Source: Candidatus Binatia bacterium (GTDB lineage: Bacteria > Desulfobacterota > Binatia > Bin18). Taken from it: a stretch of DNA of 64,000 bases. Below the pieces are notes generated by a model, which was not told where the DNA came from, ran no database searches, and saw nothing but the letters and a program-made list of their open reading frames with translations. The position numbers and the translations under genes were made by a program. Position 1 is the first letter of the stretch. Each line of letters starts with the position of its first letter. Shown here one piece after another: positions 59,448 to 64,000 of this stretch. The stretch spans positions 1,024,001-1,088,000 of the forward strand of contig OY761159.2 in NCBI GenBank assembly GCA_963664395.2, in the 5' to 3' direction.

Positions 59448-62400
59448 CTACTCCACCTCCGTCATGACAAAATTCTGACTATTCTGTTGCCATTCCAAGG
59501 TTACCGTCTCGCCCAGCATGGGGAAGTCCTCGACCACACATTCCCCCTCCGCCCCCCGTAGAAACTCTGCCTCGGCTCCTTCCCCTACGGTTGTCACCCG
59601 CACCGTGGCCCGGCCCAGTTCCATAGCGTCCACGACGGCCACCACATCATGTTCGCCGTCCCCCAGCAAGTTCCAGTTGAACAGCAACCCAAAGCCATTG
59701 TCCGTATCGCCACACATCGACTCCGTATCGAGCCGCTCGGTGCCATACGCCGCCGGCTGCGGCTCCCCGTTCAGTTCAATGACAACCTCGGCCCCCTCAC
59801 ATACCCAGCCCGAAATCACCCCAATCCCACTCTGAAAGGAGTTCGGCCCGGGGTTCTCCAGATAGCCTACCCCGGCTCTCCCCGCCCGGTTGGTGGTGCC
59901 AGCAGGAGCCAGACCGTCCACAATCACAAAGTTCTGCTGTGTCTGTTGCCACGCCAGGGTGACCGTCTCGTCCCCGGTCGGGAAATCGGCGGCTGTACAC
60001 GTCCCCGTCACCTCCCGCAGAAACTCCGCCCCCAGCGTCGTCACCGTCACAGTCGCCCGGTCGAGTTCCACCCCATCCACGACGGCCACCACCTCATGCT
60101 CGCCCTCCCCCAGCAGGTTCCAGTTGAACAAGAGGCCAAAGCCGTTGTCCGTGTCGCCACACACCGACTCCGTATCGAGCCGAGCCGTGCCATACGCCGC
60201 CTCCTGTGGCTCCCCGTTCAACGTAATCTCTACGGCTTCGGCCGCACAGGTCCAGCCTGAAATGACGCCAATCCCACTCTGGAAGGACTCGGCTCCCGGA
60301 TTCTCCAGATACCCCGGCACGAAGGTCACTTGCAGGGTGTACGCCCCGGTTGCGCCCCCTTGGCCTTGGAGGGCGATCACCACCGACCCAGGGGCAACCC
60401 GCACACTGAGCCGGAAGTTCCGGCCGGCCCCGCCCGTGGCGGCGGTGGCTAACTCTTCCCCGGCTTGCCACACCGTGCCCACGGTGGCGGTCGGCCCACT
60501 CGTCTCGACGACCAACACCCCGGCGTGGGGCACGTCTGCGGTGAAGTAATCCACATCGGCGGCCGTGTTGAGCTGCCCCGGTACGGATGCGGTGCGGGCG
60601 GGGTCCAGGGTGACGAGGGTCGCCTGGGCCGGCGTGTTGCCGTGTTCGTCCTGGCTGGGACCGCCGCCGCCCCCGCCCGTGGTGGTGCCGCCCGTGGTGG
60701 TGCCCGTGGTGGTGCCCGTGGTGGTGCCCGTACCGGTTCCTGTCGTCGGGGTCATCGGCGCGCTGGGCCCGTAGACAAAGACCTTCCCCGCGTGGAAGTC
60801 CGCCACCCACCATGTTGTCCCGTCCGACCAGAGCGCCGTCGGGCTCAGGTTGGCGGGCGCCAGGATGCGATCCTGCTCGACTGCGGACACAATGTCGCTT
60901 GAGGATTCTACCGCTCTCGGGTTCGCGCTGTACGCGTGCAGACGGGCGTCAAGGTAGCCCGAAATCCATACGGTGCCCACGTCATTCCACCAGAACCCTC
61001 TGATAGAGGATGCGATGTCAAGCAGGTCAAGCGTTGGCAAATTCTTGACAAAGTTGTTATTCGGCGACCCGTATATCACCGCCGGGGTTGCATCCGTATC
61101 CGCATATATCCGGTAGGCCCTGAGGCCAATGGGGCTCAGGCCATCTCTTGCCAGCCAGAGCAAGCAGGTCGCGTCGGAGCCCGCGCAGGTCGTGTCCTTC
61201 CTCCCCCACAGCCCGTACCCGGCGAGAACGCTATCAATATCCTTGGCCGTGTCCCGCATACGGTCGGCCAGCGTGTAGGCGTATATTTTCCCGTCATCGT
61301 AGTCCAACACCCAGAGTGTCGTCTCGTCCGACCACAGCCCGGTCGGACGAGCGTTGGCCGTGTCCAAGGGAATGTCCTGGGCGGGAGCTCGCACGCCGCC
61401 GGGCAGCGTGTAGGCGTACACCTTCCCCCCGACTTCGCCCACGACATACAGCGTCGTCTCGTCCGCCCACAGCCCACTCGGACGAGTGTTGGCCGCGTCC
61501 AGCGTGATGACACCGTCGCTCGTTTGGGTGCCGGACGTGATACGGGCGCTCCAAGCAGTAAATGCCGGGGTCTGCGGTATGGTCACTCCGGTGTTCTGCA
61601 CCCCCAGCTCCTTGAGGTCCGGCAGGGCGGTCGGAAATATGGCGGGGAGCGGCCCGCTCAAGGCCGCATTGCTGTGGAGCTTCAGGTCAACCAGGCTGCT
61701 CAGCCCCAACGCGGGTGGAATGAAGCCGCTCAGCTTGTTGCCCTGGAGGTAGAGCTGCGTGAGGTTCCTCAGGTTCCCCAACTCGACTGGGAGGGAGCCG
61801 CGCAGCTTGTTACTCCTGAGGTCCAATTGAGTGACCTCGCCGTCCGTATTCGTTGTGACCCCGTGCCACTCACCCAGATCCGTGTCGTCGTCCAGCCAGT
61901 TATCTTTGCTCGTCCAGTTCGCCCCGCCGGTCGCAGTATAGAGCGTTGCCAGCGCCTCGCGCTCGGTACCGGTCACGGACGGCACGGACGGGATCAGGCT
62001 GATGATCTCAGTCCTTTGTCTGTTCGGGGTTCCCTCACTGACCGTGCGAACCGCATCAGAAGAGATGGAAAAGAGCACCGACCCTGCCGGTAGGTTTTGG
62101 ACCGGGTGAGGGATCGGTGTCACCTCGACGCTATAGGTCGTCCCCGAGCCCTGGAGGTCCGCTGCCTGCACCTCCCATTGGGAGGGACCACGCCCATCAG
62201 GACGACTAAATCCTAGCACGAGGATATCTTGAAGCGCGAAGCCTGCCACCGCCTCCGAGAAGGTGACCGTGACCGTGAAGGAAGGTTCCAGCCCCGCATC
62301 TTCGTCCCAGGTCAGTGTGATTTGGGGCCGCTCATCCGCCAACGGTCTGGCCGTAGCCGTAGCCGTGGCCGCAGAGCCCGCGCCCGCGCTGTTCCACGCC

Positions 62401-62801
62401 CGCACCTCAAAGGCGTACTGTGTGCCGGTGGTCAGCCCCCGCACTATCGCCGACAGCGCCCCCTCATCTGCCGTAATGGTCCAGGAGGTGGTAGACGGCA
62501 CCGTGTCGCCCGCCGCATAGCGGTATTCGTATGTGGTGATGGACGCCCCGCCGGTGTTCTCCGGCGCGGACCAGAACAGCACTGCATGCGCACCGCTCGG
62601 AAAGACCGCGAAGTTCTGCGGCGGCCCGGGGACGGTGACCGTCTGCGCCCGCGCGTCTTCCGGCGTGGCAATCCCCAGCACGGCGGCCAGCACGACGAGC
62701 GCCGCCACCGCGCCCCATCGCCGGGACGGGCGCGGTGGGTGGGGAGCACGTCCTGGAAAGAGCGAACGTCTCTGGGGGATTCTGGGCTCAGCTTGCATCA
62801 T
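59448..62801 (-). CDS. Large exported protein with FN3, Ig-like, LRR and beta-propeller-like repeats and duplicated C-terminal module
   Basis: Signal peptide; FN3 (W.AP...GG.SIT.YEYRY...YAFEVRA.N.AG); ALATLY.ATGG.NW...W.GV cap with LRR L.GSLP.ELGNL.NL..L.L.GN.LSG; GLW.DETTL.V repeats; Thr/Gly linker; two GYLENP repeats. Confidence 0.82.
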   Translation of the reverse strand: MMQAEPRIPQRRSLFPGRAPHPPRPSRRWGAVAALVVLAAVLGIATPEDARAQTVTVPGPPQNFAVFPSGAHAVLFWSAPENTGGASITTYEYRYAAGDTVPSTTSWTITADEGALSAIVRGLTTGTQYAFEVRAWNSAGAGSAATATATARPLADERPQITLTWDEDAGLEPSFTVTVTFSEAVAGFALQDILVLGFSRPDGRGPSQWEVQAADLQGSGTTYSVEVTPIPHPVQNLPAGSVLFSISSDAVRTVSEGTPNRQRTEIISLIPSVPSVTGTEREALATLYTATGGANWTSKDNWLDDDTDLGEWHGVTTNTDGEVTQLDLRSNKLRGSLPVELGNLRNLTQLYLQGNKLSGFIPPALGLSSLVDLKLHSNAALSGPLPAIFPTALPDLKELGVQNTGVTIPQTPAFTAWSARITSGTQTSDGVITLDAANTRPSGLWADETTLYVVGEVGGKVYAYTLPGGVRAPAQDIPLDTANARPTGLWSDETTLWVLDYDDGKIYAYTLADRMRDTAKDIDSVLAGYGLWGRKDTTCAGSDATCLLWLARDGLSPIGLRAYRIYADTDATPAVIYGSPNNNFVKNLPTLDLLDIASSIRGFWWNDVGTVWISGYLDARLHAYSANPRAVESSSDIVSAVEQDRILAPANLSPTALWSDGTTWWVADFHAGKVFVYGPSAPMTPTTGTGTGTTTGTTTGTTTGGTTTGGGGGGPSQDEHGNTPAQATLVTLDPARTASVPGQLNTAADVDYFTADVPHAGVLVVETSGPTATVGTVWQAGEELATAATGGAGRNFRLSVRVAPGSVVIALQGQGGATGAYTLQVTFVPGYLENPGAESFQSGIGVISGWTCAAEAVEITLNGEPQEAAYGTARLDTESVCGDTDNGFGLLFNWNLLGEGEHEVVAVVDGVELDRATVTVTTLGAEFLREVTGTCTAADFPTGDETVTLAWQQTQQNFVIVDGLAPAGTTNRAGRAGVGYLENPGPNSFQSGIGVISGWVCEGAEVVIELNGEPQPAAYGTERLDTESMCGDTDNGFGLLFNWNLLGDGEHDVVAVVDAMELGRATVRVTTVGEGAEAEFLRGAEGECVVEDFPMLGETVTLEWQQNSQNFVMTEVE
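60676..60729. repeat. 12-bp coding tandem repeat (TTTG linker)
   Basis: CCCGTGGTGGTG about four times. Confidence 0.8.
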
Positions 62802-63116
62802 TCTATTCTCTCCTCTTGTATCGGTCTCCTGTCCGGGACGCTGACGCAGCACTGGGTCGAAACCTTACTCAACCCCATCCCGCCGCGTGTGTCCCTCCCA
62901 AATGGGAGGAATCTTCACACCGCAGGCCGAGGGCGGCACACCCCTACCGGTGCACCCGCCTGGTCGGGCCGGGGGGCGGCCCGCTCAACTGGACCCGAAA
63001 AGACGTGCGCGCATGTGAGAGAACGGGGGGCGGCCCCCTATCGTTCTGTTGTCATCTGGCATTGGCCTCGAAATGAGAGCGTTTCACGTTAGTCTGTAGC
63101 CATGCCAGTACGCGCT

Positions 63117-63143
63117 CGTCATGCCGGACGTGATCCGGCATCC
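63117..63143. repeat. CGTC-type REP-like palindrome
   Basis: CGTC-ATGCCGGA-CGTGA-TCCGGCAT-CC. Confidence 0.55.
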
Positions 63144-63302
63144 GGAGGCCGGGGGGTCGGGGGCCTGGATGCCCTAGCCAGGAACAAAAGAGGTGGGGCA
63201 CTACCGATTCAGGCTTCAGCTTGACATTTGGCTGACGGTCGGAGTATCCACGAAGAATACCATACGGAATCATTCGGACCCCAGCATTAAGGAGGGAGTA
63301 CC

Positions 63303-64000
63303 ATGCAAACTACCACGGAGAACAGACGCTGGTCAAAGGAATACCCCGAGCTCGGCACGGGACCCGTGCCGTCTGAATCGTGTATCTCGCCGGAATACTT
63401 TGAGCTTGAACGCGAGCGGATTTTTCGCCGTACCTGGCTCAACGTGGGCCGCGTCGATGACATTCCCAACGCGGGCGATTTTTTCGTGCGCGAGCTGGCG
63501 GTGTGTAAAACCTCGATTTTGGTGATCCGAGGGACGGACGGGGTCGTGCGTGGGTTTCACAATGTGTGCTCGCACCGCTCCAACAAACTGGTCTGGGAAG
63601 AGCGCGGCACCTGTCGAGGGGCCTTAGCCTGCCATTTTCATAGCTGGGGGTATAACGCCCAGGGGCAGCTCACCGGCGTTCCGGACGAAGAGAATTTTCA
63701 TGATCTTGATAAGAGCGAGCTGGGACTCACCCCGGTGACCATAGATGTGTGGGAAGGGTTTATCTTCGTGCATCTGGGTCCACAGCCCCAAGAGACGCTC
63801 ACCGACTACCTGGGTGGAGTGGCTGAACAGTTCAAAGGGGCCGCCTTTCATAAGCGCCGCTTGACCCATACCTATAAAGTTGAGGAGAATGCCAACTGGA
63901 AGGTGGCCCTGGACGCCCAGAATGAAGCCTACCACCTGCCCTTCCAACATCGCTACTCGTTTCCGGGTATGTTCGTCCTCAAAGACAACCGCTATCTGCG
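63303..64000 (+). CDS. Rieske non-heme iron aromatic ring-hydroxylating oxygenase alpha subunit (3'-truncated by window edge)
   Basis: ERERIFRR.W, FHNVCSHR...CHFHSWGY (CxH...CxxH), ANWKV..D...E.YH...H; RBS AAGGAGG. Confidence 0.9.
   Translation, partial: MQTTTENRRWSKEYPELGTGPVPSESCISPEYFELERERIFRRTWLNVGRVDDIPNAGDFFVRELAVCKTSILVIRGTDGVVRGFHNVCSHRSNKLVWEERGTCRGALACHFHSWGYNAQGQLTGVPDEENFHDLDKSELGLTPVTIDVWEGFIFVHLGPQPQETLTDYLGGVAEQFKGAAFHKRRLTHTYKVEENANWKVALDAQNEAYHLPFQHRYSFPGMFVLKDNRYL

Noticed and set aside
63090-63110. Sigma-54 promoter for the surface-protein cluster (TGGCA on the minus strand)
   Set aside because: There is no GC at the -12 position.

Overview
Bacterial genomic DNA, GC-rich and gene-dense, with no rRNA, tRNA, CRISPR array or intact transposase that I could recognise. 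The gene content (LLM oxidoreductases, amidases, thiolase-like protein, Rieske oxygenase, PQQ-heme dehydrogenases, LRR/FN3 surface proteins) resembles an uncultured Deltaproteobacteria-like or Binatota-like organism, possibly a sponge symbiont; this is inference only. Main blocks in order: lysA, a decayed toxin-antitoxin/nuclease patch, class I lysS, an MlaEFD/PqiC-type ABC operon, four tandem quinohemoprotein (PVA-dehydrogenase-like) paralogues, pspABC/pspF, dGTPase, cysE, a complete but strongly divergent urease-like cluster (ureE-F-AB-C-G-D), MATE, hicAB, two amidases with Rid proteins, a CoxL-like Mo subunit, three large exported proteins, and a partial Rieske oxygenase. Best candidates for something undescribed: (1) a conserved C-terminal module (Pro/Gly linker, PPC-like domain, two tandem ~135-aa three-Cys repeats ending NFxxTxVE-stop) on three unrelated secreted passengers, suggesting a dedicated surface-sorting or anchoring system; (2) a urease-like Ni enzyme with intact metal ligands but a remodelled flap and substrate pocket; (3) a free-standing secreted copy of the neighbouring protease's own propeptide; (4) a tandem structured non-coding motif at 45.4-45.7 kb. 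Three single-base frameshifts in the first 9 kb suggest assembly indel errors, so pseudogene calls need checking against reads.
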